Shown: in pieces, positions 46,857-59,349 of the stretch
Layout of the letters: every line of letters starts with the position of its first letter
How positions within the stretch are numbered: position 1 is the first letter of the stretch
Source: the human T2T-CHM13v2.0 reference genome, Homo sapiens
Length of the DNA stretch: 64,000 bases
Reading direction: 5' to 3' (one strand)
Assembly (NCBI RefSeq): GCF_009914755.1
Contig: NC_060942.1
Position numbers and translations under genes: made by a program
Notes under the pieces: generated by a model
The model's input: the letters and a program-made list of their open reading frames with translations, nothing else
The model's database searches: none
Told to the model about the DNA's origin: nothing

Positions 46857-47406
46857 TGTAAAAAAAACCCATAAAATTCCAGAACCCTCTAAATGTATTA
46901 TGCCAAGGAAGAAGTGAAGCCCTGGAAACTGAGTCACACAGCAAGTTTGCAATTTCTGCTTCTTATAGATTAACTCTCCTCCGCATTGGTCTTGTTCTAT
47001 AAATGATGAGGAGAGACCAGACCTCCTTTCTTTCTAATCACTGGCCTTTGTTATAGATTAACTCCTTCCTTTATTGTTCTATACCTAATTAAGGCCAGAT
47101 GGCCAAAAGACCCTGTGACTAGTATATCTTCAGGGTAGGATGTTAAATATACCTTTCCCAAAAGAAAAAGATCACCTCAACAAATCAGATTATTGTAACT
47201 GTGCCTTAAACCTTCTGCAGAAAGATGTTGAAATTCTGTTAAGCTTCCCTGAACTTTTCCTGTATAAAGGAACCCGAACTTTTACACTTCCAAACACTAC
47301 CTTTCGTTCTTTGGAATCTGCTTCCTGGGCAGTCTCCTCAAACTTTGCACTTGAATAAACTAGCTTTAAACTAGATTCTGACCCTTTTAATTATTTTAGA
47401 TTGACA
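46857..47406 (+). mobile_element. 5' LTR of class I provirus (MER4-group-like, 550 bp)
   Basis: TGTAAAA...TTTTAGATTGACA; TATAAA ~47263; AATAAA ~47354; PBS follows. Confidence 0.9.
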
Positions 47407-47409
47407 TTT

Positions 47410-47427
47410 TGGTAACTCAGATGGGAC
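47410..47427 (+). other. Primer binding site, tRNA-Arg type
   Basis: TGGTAACTCAGATGGGAC vs TGGCGACCCAGATGGGAC (complement of tRNA-Arg-CCG 3' end as recalled), 15/18; 3 nt after LTR end. Confidence 0.75.
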
Positions 47428-47660
47428 CTAAAGTGAGCAGCCAGTGATCCCTGCCATTTTTCCAACAATCCGGGCCTTGGTACCGGCAAAACAACTTCTG
47501 CTCACCCAGCCTTGCTGGAGCTGGCAGGGGTCTATGATGAGGCTCCTCTTGAGTTTCAAATCTCCCTAATTTTGGTTGAGATTCAGACTTCGTTCAAGTG
47601 AACAAATTCCACAGTTGATGGAGCTGGAATTGAAGTTCTGCTTTAAAAGATGTGAGTTTC

Positions 47661-47994
<334 letters not shown>

Positions 47995-48571
47995 TCATGT
48001 CTGCAAATGTGTGAATTTTCACTTTTATTTGAGATGAATGGTTGTTTGTGGAACTTAACTACTTGTTATAATTTGTCCAGCCTTTTCTCTTGTTCAGACT
48101 TTGGTCAGGGAAGGAAACAGTCTCTCTTTCTGAATGTCTAAACTCTGAAGCTTGGTTAATTTGGTATATCTAAAGTCCCCTTTTCAGTGACTAATACCAA
48201 TGAAAAGCTTTCTACAAGGACAAAGATAAATACTGAAGACAAAAGACACTGTTCCTTAGAACCAAAGGCACCTTAGGTGACTAAGGTCTTGCAAGAGTTT
48301 TTGAGCTCATTGCTCATCATGTACAATGGCCTGAGAGGGAATCCCCAAATAGGAACATAGAGGGACTCTTTCTTAACCCAGTGGGCACATATGAAGGGCT
48401 GATCTCTAATTGCCTTAAATGCCTGTGATTCCTGAGTTTCTCTGAGACACATAAGAGGGGAGAAGTGACTTGTGGGTGACATACCAAGAAGTAAAACCCA
48501 TTAAGTAGTACACCAACTCCAAAACACCGTTACCTCTCAGTCTTTGTTTACTTAAAAAGATAGCCCAAATT

Positions 48572-49896
48572 ATGAACAGTTGCTCACCTAAAACAGAGTC
48601 TTCCCTTAAGGAGAGATCTACATTTAGAAATTCTAGCTGGATTCCTGTGTAATACTGAGGCACCACCTCCTATTAATGGCTAGAAAAATAGTTTTATTTC
48701 ACCTGTGAAGACTCCAAACTACAATGGCCAAAATGGGTTATCTTTGAAGTACCTAAATTAATTTATTTGTGTGCACAATTAGACAAATCCAAATCTAAAA
48801 TTAAACAAAATACTTGGGAGAGTTACTTCCAATGATACTTAGAAGCATCCAAAAGAGGCTCTGAAGAAGTTGTTTCTCTATAGGAAGAAAATAGAAAGCT
48901 CTCTAAGGCCACTTATGAATTAAGGAAAACTGCTGAAGCTTATTCTCTTCCTTCAGCTTCCCCATGTCTTTAAAGCCCCTTGTCTGAACTACCTTACCCA
49001 GACTTGCCTTCTTTTCCTCCTCTTTCCCTTCTTCCGACTCCTGCTGTTTTAACTCCGTTTTGTGACAGCCAGTATCTGGTAGTGAATAACCTGTTTTAGT
49101 TTATCAAGCATGGTCAAAAGTAGAACTTAAAGGCATAATTTTAAAATTTCCTCATTCCCCACCATGACCCTATCGGATTTTCCAGGGAATTTGAACAAAA
49201 CATTCAAGCTATGACCCTGATTTTTCTAATTTGTATCAACTAGTTTACATATTTGTGTCAAAAAGTAAAGCTAAAAATTAGGTAACTAAGGCAAATTGGA
49301 GGAACCCTTTGAAGGGCTTTCATACATTTTCAGAAGAAGACTGCAGACATACTCATGAGGTTGCAAAGGCTTTGCTCCAAACCATCCATTTAGCTTTCCA
49401 AAGAGTGGTTAGCTGGAATAAAATAAACAATTTCAACAAAGTTGATATATTTTGCAGGATTTGAAAACATCTTTAAATAATATTCAAGATCATCTAAAGA
49501 CATGTGTGCTAATCATCCAAGTGACACATACCTCAATTTTTAATGTCTTAAATGAGTTAAATGAAGAATTGGCACTAATAGTAAAAAGACAATGCCCTAA
49601 CTGGGCTACTTCTCAGACTTCTTATTTGGTTAATCTGGTTGATCCATTATCTTGTACCTTAACTAAAGAAGAGAGACAGAGAGAAGCAAAACAAAAGGAT
49701 ACAACTAATAAGACTATGAATTTGCAATCGAAACAACTATCCACCCAGTTTGGACCTCCAGAATACTCCAGTAAACTTCAGAAAGGACCTCACCCTGTGG
49801 AGTGTATTTATTGCAAGAAACCTCGTCACTTTAAGAAAAACTGCCAGAAACTAAAACAGAGGTAAAAAATGGGCAAAAGAAGAGAAGAAAGAATAG
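48572..49896 (+). pseudogene. gag: ERV gag, disrupted
   Basis: WPKW-type MA motif, Pro-rich linker, CCHC knuckle CIYCKKPRHFKKNC (49803-49844), TAG GGA stop context at 49894; many stops and frameshifts. Confidence 0.85.
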
Positions 49897-52800
49897 GGAT
49901 GCTCCGAGGAACTTAAACGCACCTTGTTTTTCCCTCCTTACCTATACTCTGGGAGAAATAGAAATTATTCTAAATAGAACAAATACAAGTGCTTGTTGAA
50001 ACTGGAGCTACATTAGCTACAATAAACCCAATCTTACCACAAGGCATCCTTCCTCAGAGCAGGCAAACAATTCAAATCGCATGTGAATCTCAGCCTGTAG
50101 CTTTTCAGCCTAGTTCTTTACAAGATACCCATGTTTTTCTCTTATTTCCCTCAGCTTCAATCCATTAGATAGGAAAAAATTTATTCTTTTCCCAAAAGGG
50201 GAAAATGTGCTGAGAATTAGAAGACAAAATGGAATTATTAGATACAATAAATTTTTCAGAATCTGATCCTCTTAATTCAAAAATTGCAATTTATATTGCC
50301 ATAGAGGACATTGAATTATTGAGTGATGAAGAATTACAAAAACTGCTAAAGACAGAACCTGATCAACTGTGGTCAAAGTCTTCCACAGATATTGGAAAAA
50401 CTATCTAACTTACCTCAATCAAAATTCAAATAGACTCATTAAAACCCCTTCCAAACCTTAAACAAGACTCTAAAACCAGAAGCTTTAGAAAGAATAAGAC
50501 CTATAATTAGAATGTAATTATTATAGACTAAGTCTATAATTCTAGACTATGTAAAAAGAGATCTGATTATTCCCTGTACAAGCCCATGTAATACTGCAAT
50601 CTTTCCCATAAGAAAACCAAGTGATAGAGAATAGATGTTTGTAGAGGATCTGAGAGAAATTAACAACATGGACATTTCTCATCATCTAGTAGTGCCAAAC
50701 CTCCATATAACTTTGATTACCATCCTTACCAAAAGTGAGTTCTTTACTATAATAGGCCTATGTAGTGCATTCTTTAGTATTTACGTGGATCAAGACATTC
50801 AATTTATCTTCACCTTCACTTAGGAAGACAGACAATACGTATGGACAGTCATGCCTCAGGGATACACTGAGAGCTCAACTTACTTTACACAAATATTAAA
50901 AGCAGATCTCTCAGATATTGACTATATTAAGAAATATATTTTAATGCAATGTGTAGATAATTTGCTTGTCTGTTCAGAGGGTAGGCAAGCCTCCATGGAA
51001 GATGGGATTAACTTATTACTACAATTAGCCTTAAAGAAACACAAGGTCTCAAAAAAAAAACATTCACTTTTGTCAAAAACAAGTAAGATTTTTGAGTAAT
51101 CTAACATCAAAGGAAGATATTTTTATCCACCTGGATAGGATAAAAGAAATCTTGGCATTCCTTACTCCCAAAAGTAAGAAACAACTCAGAGGATTTGGGG
51201 GACTGGCAGGATACTGTTGAAATTGGATTCCAAACTTTTTTTTAAACTAAAACTTTCTATACTTTTATAAAACAAGACAAGCCAGGCCCCTTGGAATGGA
51301 CAGAGGAAAATCAGTCAATATTGGAAGAAATTTAAAAAGAACTTTATAGATGCTGCATCTTTGGGATATCCAAATTATAATATTCCATTTTCATTGTTTG
51401 TTCATGAAAATCAAGGAAACGCCTTAAACATTCTGAAACAAAAACATGGAGACCAAAATAGGCCTGTAGGATACTAGTCAGCAACTACACCTTGTGGCTA
51501 AAGGATTGCCACCTTGCATGAAGGCAATAACTGCCACTGCTCTGTTAGTAAGAGCAACCGAAGAAAGAGTGATGGATCTCCCCTCTTGGTTTTCATGCCA
51601 AATTCTTTGCAAGTATTTCTAAATTCATAGCACACTCAACATTATTCTGTCAGCAGATTAGCTTCTTAGGAAGTTCTTTTTCTTTCTGTAGCTCATATTA
51701 CAATATCTAGGTGCAAAAATCTAAACCCCCTGCTCCTCTGTCTCTGCCTTCAGATGAGATACCACACAATTGCATAATCTCAACTCACCAGGTTCTCTCT
51801 CCTAGAACAGACCTACAAGAAGCTTGCCTTACTCTTACTTAAAAGATGAACCTGGGACTTACTTTTCGGATTATGCTATATTATCTTTAATTAAAGAAAG
51901 TGCTTACCTTCCAGAAGCCACCTCAGCTTATCAAGCAGAATTGATAACATTAATCAGAGCCTACCAGTTGGCAACTACAAATATTCATATAGATAGCAGA
52001 TATGCTTTCAGAGGAGCTCATGATTTTGGAATGCTATGGAAACGAAGAGGTTTTTTTTAACTTCTTGTGGTCAGTCCATAAAAAATGAACACCTTATTTC
52101 ACCATCACTAGAAGCCATATTAAAATTCACTGGCCATTATTAAAATTCCGAGTCATTCCAAATCAGATACTGCAGAAAATAAAAGAAACAAGTTAGCTGA
52201 TAAGGTAGCAAAAATGGCTGCTCTAAATGTATCTGAACAAGAAAAGGAATCTACATTAAGTCTCAAAGAAGCACCTGAATTTGGAATAAAATTAGCTCAA
52301 TCCAGAGCTCCAAAATCCAAACAGAAAATTAGAAGACAAAAGGAGGAACATATTCTCCCAAAGATGAAGTATGGTATGGACCAAACAACTTATCTATACT
52401 TCCTACTGGAGATCATCATTTTTAACCTATGTACATGATTTAACTCATTGGAGCCCTGAAAAAATAGTTGCTTGAGAAAATGTTTTTCTCCAACTATAGT
52501 TCATAAGGTATACAATTGCTGCCATATCTGCCGAAAAGATAATCCAGGAAAACCTTTACATGGCTCCTAAGGACATTTTGCTTTACCTGATGGTGTTTTG
52601 AAGCATGGCAGTTACATTTTTTAAAAAACTTTTTAATTTTTCCTAATAGGTTTTTGGGGAACAGGTGGTGTTTGATTACATGAATATGTTCTTTAGTGCT
52701 GATTTCTGAGATTTTGGTGCATCTATCATCACCCAAGCAGTGTACACTGTACCCAATGTGTAGTCTTTTACCCCTAATCACCCCCACCCTTTCCCCAAAG

Positions 52801-53383
52801 TCCAACGTATCATTCTTATGGATGGCAGTTAGATTTTATTCAGCTGCCTTCATCACAAGGATACAAGTATGTTCCAGTCATTATTTGCATGTTTTCTCTT
52901 TGGCTAAAAGCATTTTCATGCTGAAGAGTGACTGTTTAGCAGCAAGTAAAATTATTTTAGAAAAGATTATTCCAACTTGGAATGTTCCAAAGGAACTCCA
53001 CAATAATGAAAGTACTCATTTTACTGGACAGAAAATTCAATCAGTATGTAAAATTTGGCCATTCCTCCAACACTGCCATTGTGCATATTATCCCCAATCA
53101 CCTGGATTGGAGATGCACACAAATGGAATAATTAAGAATCAATTGGCAAAAATAACAAAAGTTTTTAGATTCCATCATTGAAGACTCTTCCATTGACTGT
53201 GCTTAACCTTAGGTTACCCCTTTTAGGAAACCTCAGTTTTCCTCATTTGAAATAATAACTGACAGACCTATGAATCTCTCCCCAGGAAACTAAAACTCCT
53301 TAACTGTAAGTGGAGACATATTCCTTTATTTTTCTAATCTTATGAAACAATTAACTAAAAATTATTATCTAGTGAAAGTTTCT
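49897..53383 (+). pseudogene. pol: ERV pro-pol, disrupted (protease, RT, RNase H, integrase)
   Basis: LVETGA (from LVDTGA) ~49992-50009; SPCNT, DLREIN, MPQGYTES, QCVDN (from QYVDD) 50947-50961; GLAGYC; SAYQAELI, IDSRYAF; WQLDFI, AYYPQSPG. Confidence 0.9.
52621..52821 (-). mobile_element. Short L1PB-type 3' end inserted in integrase
   Basis: GGTTTTTGGGGAACAGGTGGTGTTTGATTACATG; 16-bp TSD ATGGCAGTTA(C/G)ATTTT at 52605-52620 and 52822-52837. Confidence 0.88.
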
Positions 53384-54702
53384 TATTTATTTTTAATTTT
53401 TGTAGGTACATAGTAGGTGCATATATTTATGGGGTACATGAGATATCCAAATACAGGTATATAATTTGTAATAATCACATCATGGAAAATGGAGTATTCA
53501 TCCCCCCACACATTTATCTTTGTGTTATAATCCAATTATACTTTTTTAGTTACTTTAAAATGTACAAGTAAATTATTATTAACTACAGTCTTATTTTGTA
53601 CCCATTACTATCCCCAGTTGGGGAACTATCCCCAATTCCCACCCATCTGCTATCCCCACTACCCTTTCCAGCTTCTGATAACCATGCTTCCACTCTCTAT
53701 CTCCATGGGTTCAACTGTTTTGATTTTTAGCTCCCACAAATAAATGACAATATGTGAAGTTTGTCTTTCTATGCCTAATTTATTTCACTTCACATAATGG
53801 CCTTCAGTTCTATCCATGTTGTTGCAAATGACAAGATCTTATTCCCTTTTATGGCTGCATAGTACTCCATTGTGTATATATACCACATTTTCTTTATCCA
53901 ATAGTCTGTTGAAGGACACTTAAATTGCTTCCAAATATTGACTACTGTGAACAGTGGTACAACAAACATGGCAGTGCAGATAACTCTTTGATATGCTGAT
54001 TTCCTTTCTTTGGGCTATATACACAGCAGTGGGACTGCTGGATTTTATGGTAGCTCTATGTTTAGTTTCTTGAGAAACCTCCAAACTGTTCTTCATACTG
54101 GTTGTACTAATTTGCATTCCCACCAACAGTGTCTGAGGGTTCCCTTTTCTCCATATTCTCACCAGCATTTGTTATTGCTTCTCTTTTGAATAACTGACAT
54201 TTTAACTGGGAGAAGATGGTATCTCATTATAGTTTTGATTTGCATATCTCTGATGAGCAGTGATGTTGAGCACCTTTTCATATGCCTGTTTACCATTTGT
54301 ATATTTTCTTTTAAGAAATGTCTATTCAAATATTTTGACCATTTTTTAATCAGACCAGATTTTTTCCTATAGAGTTGTTTGAGCTCCTCACTATTCTGGT
54401 TACTAATCCATTGTCAGATGGATAGTTTGCACATATTTTCTCCCATCCTGTGGGTTGTCCTTTCCCTTTGTTGATTGTTTCCATCGCTGTGTAGAAGCTT
54501 TTTAACTTGACTTGATTCCATTTGTCCATTTTTGCTTTGGTTGCCAGTGCTTGTGGTGTATTACTCAAGAAATTTTTGCCCAGACCAATGACCTGGAGAG
54601 TTTCCCTAAGGCTTTATTGCAGTGGTTTCATAGTTTAAGGCCTTAGATTTAAGTCTTTAAATGATTTTTATTTGATTTTTTTATATGGCAAGCCATAGGG
54701 GT

Positions 54703-55029
54703 TGCCATGTCCATAATCCCCACTTGTCCTCCACTTACTGCGAGTTGGAGGTAATTGAATCATGGGGGCGATTTCTCCCATGCTGTTCTCATGATAGCAA
54801 GTAAGCTCTCACCATATATGGTGGTTTTATAAGGGGCTCTTCCCCCTTCCCTCACCACTCTCTCTTGCCTGCTGCCATGTAAGAAGTGCCTCTTCTGCTT
54901 CTACCATGATTGTAAGTTCCCCAAGGCCTCCCAAGCCCTGCAGAACTGAGAGTCAATTAAACCTCTTTTCTTTATAAATTACCCAATCTTGGGTATGTCT
55001 TTATAGCAGTATGAAAATGGACTAATACA
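54703..55029 (+). mobile_element. THE1D/MSTA-like MaLR LTR, 5'-truncated, inside L1
   Basis: GGAGGTAATTGAATCATGGGGGCG ... AAACCTCTTTTCTTTATAAATTACCC ... GGACTAATACA. Confidence 0.88.
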
Positions 55030-56919
55030 GGGGAGAAGTTTCATTCTCTTTCATTCTTCATTCATTCATCCATTCTTGCATATGGGTATCCAGTTTTCTT
55101 AGCACCATTTATCGAAGAGGCTGTCTTTCCCCAGTGTATGTTCTAGGAACCTTTGTCAAAAATGGGTTCACTGTAGATTTATGGATTTTTTTCCGTGTTC
55201 TCTATTCTGTTTCATTCATCTATGTGTCTGTTTTTATGTCAGTACCATGCTGTTTTGGTTACTATAGCTCTGCAGTATAATTGGAAGTCAGGTAAAGTGA
55301 TTCCTCCTGTTTTGTTCTTTTTGCTCAGGATAGGTTTGGCTATTCGGGATCTTTTGTGGTTCCATATAAATTTTAGGATTGTTTTTTCTATTTCTGTGAA
55401 GAATGTCATTGGTATTCTGATAGAGAGTGTATTGATTTTGTAGATTGCTTTGGGTAGTATGGACATTTTAAAAATATTTGTTCTTCCAATCAATGAACAT
55501 GGAATATCTTTTCATTTTTTGGTGTCCTCTTCAATTTATTTTATCAGTGTTTTATAGTTTTTTTTGTAGAGATCTTTCCTTTCTTTGGTTAACTTATTTC
55601 TTAGGTATTTAATTTTATTTGTGTCTATTGTAAATGGAATTACTTCTTTTATTTCTTTTTCAGATTGTTCACTCTTGGTGTCTAGACATGCTACTGATTG
55701 TTGTATGTTGATTTGGTATCCTGCAACTTACTGAATTTATTTATGAGTTCTAATAGTTTTCTTGGTGTAGTCTTTAGGTTTTCTCAAATATGAGATTATG
55801 TCATCTGCAAACAAGGATAACTTGACTTCTTCCTTTCCAGTGCAGATATCCTTTATTTCTTTCTTTCTCTTGTCTGATTGCTCTAGCTATGATTTCCAGT
55901 ACCATGTTGAATTAACAGTGGTGAAAGTGGGCATCCTTGTCATGTTACAGATCTTAGAGGAAAGGCTTTCGGTTTTTCCCCATTCAATATGATACTAGCT
56001 GTGGGTCTGTAAAGTATGGCTTTTATTAAGTTGAGGTATGTTCCTTCTATAACCAGTTTTTTGTGGATTTTTATCATAATGTGATGGTGGATTTTCTCAA
56101 TTGCTTTTTCAGCATCAGTTGAAATGATCATTTTTTTTGTCATTTATTCTGTTGATGTGATGTATCACATTGACTGAATTAGATATGTTGAACCATCCAT
56201 CCTTGGATCCCAGGGATAAATCCCACTTGTCATGATGAATGATCATTATAATGTATTTTTGAATTTAGTTTGCTAGTATTTTATTGTGGATTTTTGCACC
56301 AATATTCATCAGAGGAATTGGCCTATAGTTTTTTATTTTAATATGTCTTTGTCTGGCTTTGGTATCAGGTAATACTGGCCTCATAGAATGAGTTTGAAAG
56401 TATTCCCTCCTCCTCTGTTTTTAAGAATAGTTTGAGTAGGATTGGTGTCAATACTTCTTTAAAAGTTTGATAGAATTCAGCAGGGAAGCCACTGGGTCCC
56501 AAGCTTTTCTTAACTGGGAGAATTTTTATTATAGCTTCTATCTCGTTACTTGTTATTGGTATGTCCAAGTTTGGATTTCTTCATGTTTCAGTCTCGGTAG
56601 GTTATACATGTCTAGGAATTTATTTCCTCTACATTTTCCAACTTGTTGCTCATAGTAGCTACTAATGATCCTTCAAATTTCTGTGGTGTCAGTTGTAATG
56701 TCTCCTTTTTCATCTCTGATTTTATTTATTTAGGTCTTGTCTCCTTTTTTCACTAGTCTGGCTAAATGTTTGTCAACTGTCTTTTCAAACTCAAACATTT
56801 TGTTTTATTACTCTTTGATATTGTTTTATTTCATATTCATTTATTTCTCCTCTAATCTTTATTATTTCTTTAATTCTACTAATTTGGGATTTAGTTTGCT
56901 CTTGCTTTTCTAGTTCTTT

Positions 56920-57602
56920 CTTTTTTTTTTTTTTTTTTTGAGACAGGGTTTTCCTCTGTGGCCTAGGCTGCACTGTCATGATGTAATTACAGCCCACTGC
57001 AGCCTTGCGCTTCTGAGCTCAAGAAACCTTCCCATGGCAGCCTAGGCAGACACGCATTCTGGGTGCAAGCCAGGGACTCCAGGACACCCCGGGGCCCAGC
57101 ACAGGGGCTGCCCGGAAGGCACTGGCCTCCACAGGAAAACCCCAGCCCCCTCCTCGGCCTCACTGCTTTTATCCTGGGCTGCCTCAATGACCCCCTGCAA
57201 GCCTGGCTTCCTGTCCCTGTGCCCCTGGGGAGTTCTTGCCCCTTTGGGGTGCCTCCCATTGGGGAGACACGCACCCTGCGTGCAAGCCAGGACTCCACAA
57301 CACCCCCGGGCAGGCACAGGGGCTGCCAAGGAGGCACTGACCTCCACGGGACGACCCCAGCCTCCTCCTCGGCCTCACCGCTTTTTTTCCCCGGCTGCCT
57401 CAATGTCCCCTTGCAAGCCTGGCCTCCTGTCTCTGTGCCCCTGGGGACTTCTTGCCGCTTTGGGGTGCCCCCTGTGGGGGAGACACGCACCCTGGGTCCA
57501 AGCTAGGGCATTTTTTGTAGAGATGGGGTTTCGCCATGTTGCCCAGGCTGGTCTCAAACTCTTCGACTCAAGCAATCTACCTGCCTTAGCCTCCCAGAGT
57601 GA
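56920..57602 (-). mobile_element. Composite insertion: AluJ-like left arm + gamma-satellite-like monomers + AluJ-like right arm + poly(A)
   Basis: T19 at 56921-56939; right arm 56940-57043; repeat 57048-57509; left arm 57510-57601; 15-bp TSD CTTTTCTAGTTCTTT (56905-56919) / CTTCTCCAGTTCTTT (57603-57617). Confidence 0.88.
57048..57509. repeat. GC-rich gamma satellite (GSATII/GSAT-like), ~2.1 monomers
   Basis: AGACACGCA at 57048, 57265 and 57481 (periods 217, 216); minus strand GGCTTGCACCCAG..GCGTGTCTC..GGCACCCCAAAGCGGCAAGAAG..GAGGCAGCCGGGGAAAAAAAGCGG matches recalled gamma-satellite consensus. Confidence 0.82.
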
Positions 57603-59349
57603 CTTCTCCAGTTCTTTAAGATGCATCATTAGGTTATTTATTTGAATTTTTCTTTTTTTTCGATGTAGGTACTTAATGCTATAAATTTCCCTTTTAGTAC
57701 AGCTTTCACTGTATCCCATAAGTTTTGGTATGTTGTGTTTTCATCATCATTTGTTTCAAGAAAATTGTCAGTTTCCTTCTTAATATCTTCATTGATACAA
57801 TGGTCATTCAGAAGCATGTTGTTTAATTTTCATGTGTTTGTATAGGTTCCAAAATTTCTTATTGATTTCTAGTTTCATTCCATTGTGGTTGGAGAAGATG
57901 CTTGATATTATTTTAATTTTTTTAATGTTTTAAGTCTTGTTTTGTGACCGAACGTGTGGTCTATCCTTGAGAATGATTCATGTGCTGAGGAGACAAATTT
58001 GTATTCTGTAACCATTGGATTAAATGTTCTTTAAATATTTAATTAGGTCAATTTGATCTGTGTTGCAAATTAAGTCCAATGTTTCTTTGTTGCTTTTCTG
58101 TCTTAAAGATCTGTCCAATGCTGAAAGTGAGCTGTTGAAATCTCCAGCTACTATTATTGTATTGGGGCCTATCTCTCTCTTTAGCTCTAATAATATTTCC
58201 CTTATATATCTGGGTGCTCCAGTGTTGGGTGCATATATATTAACAATTGTTATATCCTCTTGCTGAATCAACCCCTTTATCATTATATAATGACCTTCTT
58301 TGTCTCTTCTTACAGCTTTTATCTTGAAATCTATTTTGTCTAAGAATAGCTATTCTTGCTCTTTTTTTGGTTTCAGTTGACATGAAATATCTATTTTCAT
58401 CCCTTTATTTCCAGTCTTTGTGTATTTTTACAGGTGAAATGTGTTTCTTACAGGTAACAGATCACTGGTTCTTGCTTTTTTATCCACTCAGCTACTCTGT
58501 GTCTTTTGATTGGAGAGTTTAGTCTTTTTACATTCAACGTTACTATTGATAAGTAAGGACTTACTCTTGCCATTTGGTTATTTGCCTTCTGATTTTTTTT
58601 TTTTTTTGGTGATTTTTTTCTCTTCTTTCTTACTTTCTGTCTTCATTTTAGTGAAAGTGATTTTCTCTGGCAGTATAATTTAATTTATTGCTTTTTAAAA
58701 TTGTATTTTGTGTGTATCCATTGTATGTTTCCCAATTTCAGGTTACCACAAGGTTTGTAAATACTATCGTATAATCCATTATTTTAAACCTGTGACTGCT
58801 TAACCCTAACTGCATAAACAAACAAATGAACAACGAAAAGAAAACTAACAAAAATTCTACACTTTAACTCCATCTTCCTGCTTTTTAATTTTTTGTTGTT
58901 ATTGTGTCTTATTGTACTGTCTATGTCTTGAAGTTGTAGTTATGTTTTTGATTGATTCATCATTTAAGTGAAGAGCAGTTTACACTCCACAATTGCAATG
59001 TTATACTATTCTGTGTTTTTCTGCGTGCTTACTATTACTAGTGAGTTTTGGACCTTCAGATAATTTCTTCTTGCTCATTAACATCATTTTGTTTCAGATT
59101 AAAGAACGTCCTTTAGCATTTCTTATACAACAAGCCTCACAACTCTACCCAGTGTTCCTACTGTGGATAAGCTGGTATCCAAGATACAAGACAAAGCCGT
59201 CTTTATTCTTTGCTCCCCTCTCCTCAAGTAGAAGGAAGGAGTCACTTTTGTTGCTGTGAGTTGTGCTGTCTGGGGTTGGGGGAGGGGTGGGTTAAGCATT
59301 TCCTTAGCAACCCCACTGGTGTCTTTCTAGGTCACATGCCACCTTAGTC

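Larger units (their letters stand above)
53900..58573 (-). pseudogene. L1 ORF2 (endonuclease/RT), disrupted
   Basis: Start MARVSPYLSIVTLNV at 58573; [50 protein letters not shown] fragments. Confidence 0.9.

Noticed and set aside
49452-53181. Domesticated or functional retroviral gene
   Set aside because: Numerous stops and frameshifts; catalytic residues mutated; longest fragments about 140 aa
56920-57602. SVA or snaR-type element
   Set aside because: No CCCTCT hexamer, SVA VNTR or SINE-R; Alu arms are sense to the poly(A); period 216-217 bp
56987-57719. Overlapping 100-167 aa ORFs on both strands
   Set aside because: Product of GC-rich satellite and Alu sequence; repeated peptides reflect the monomer
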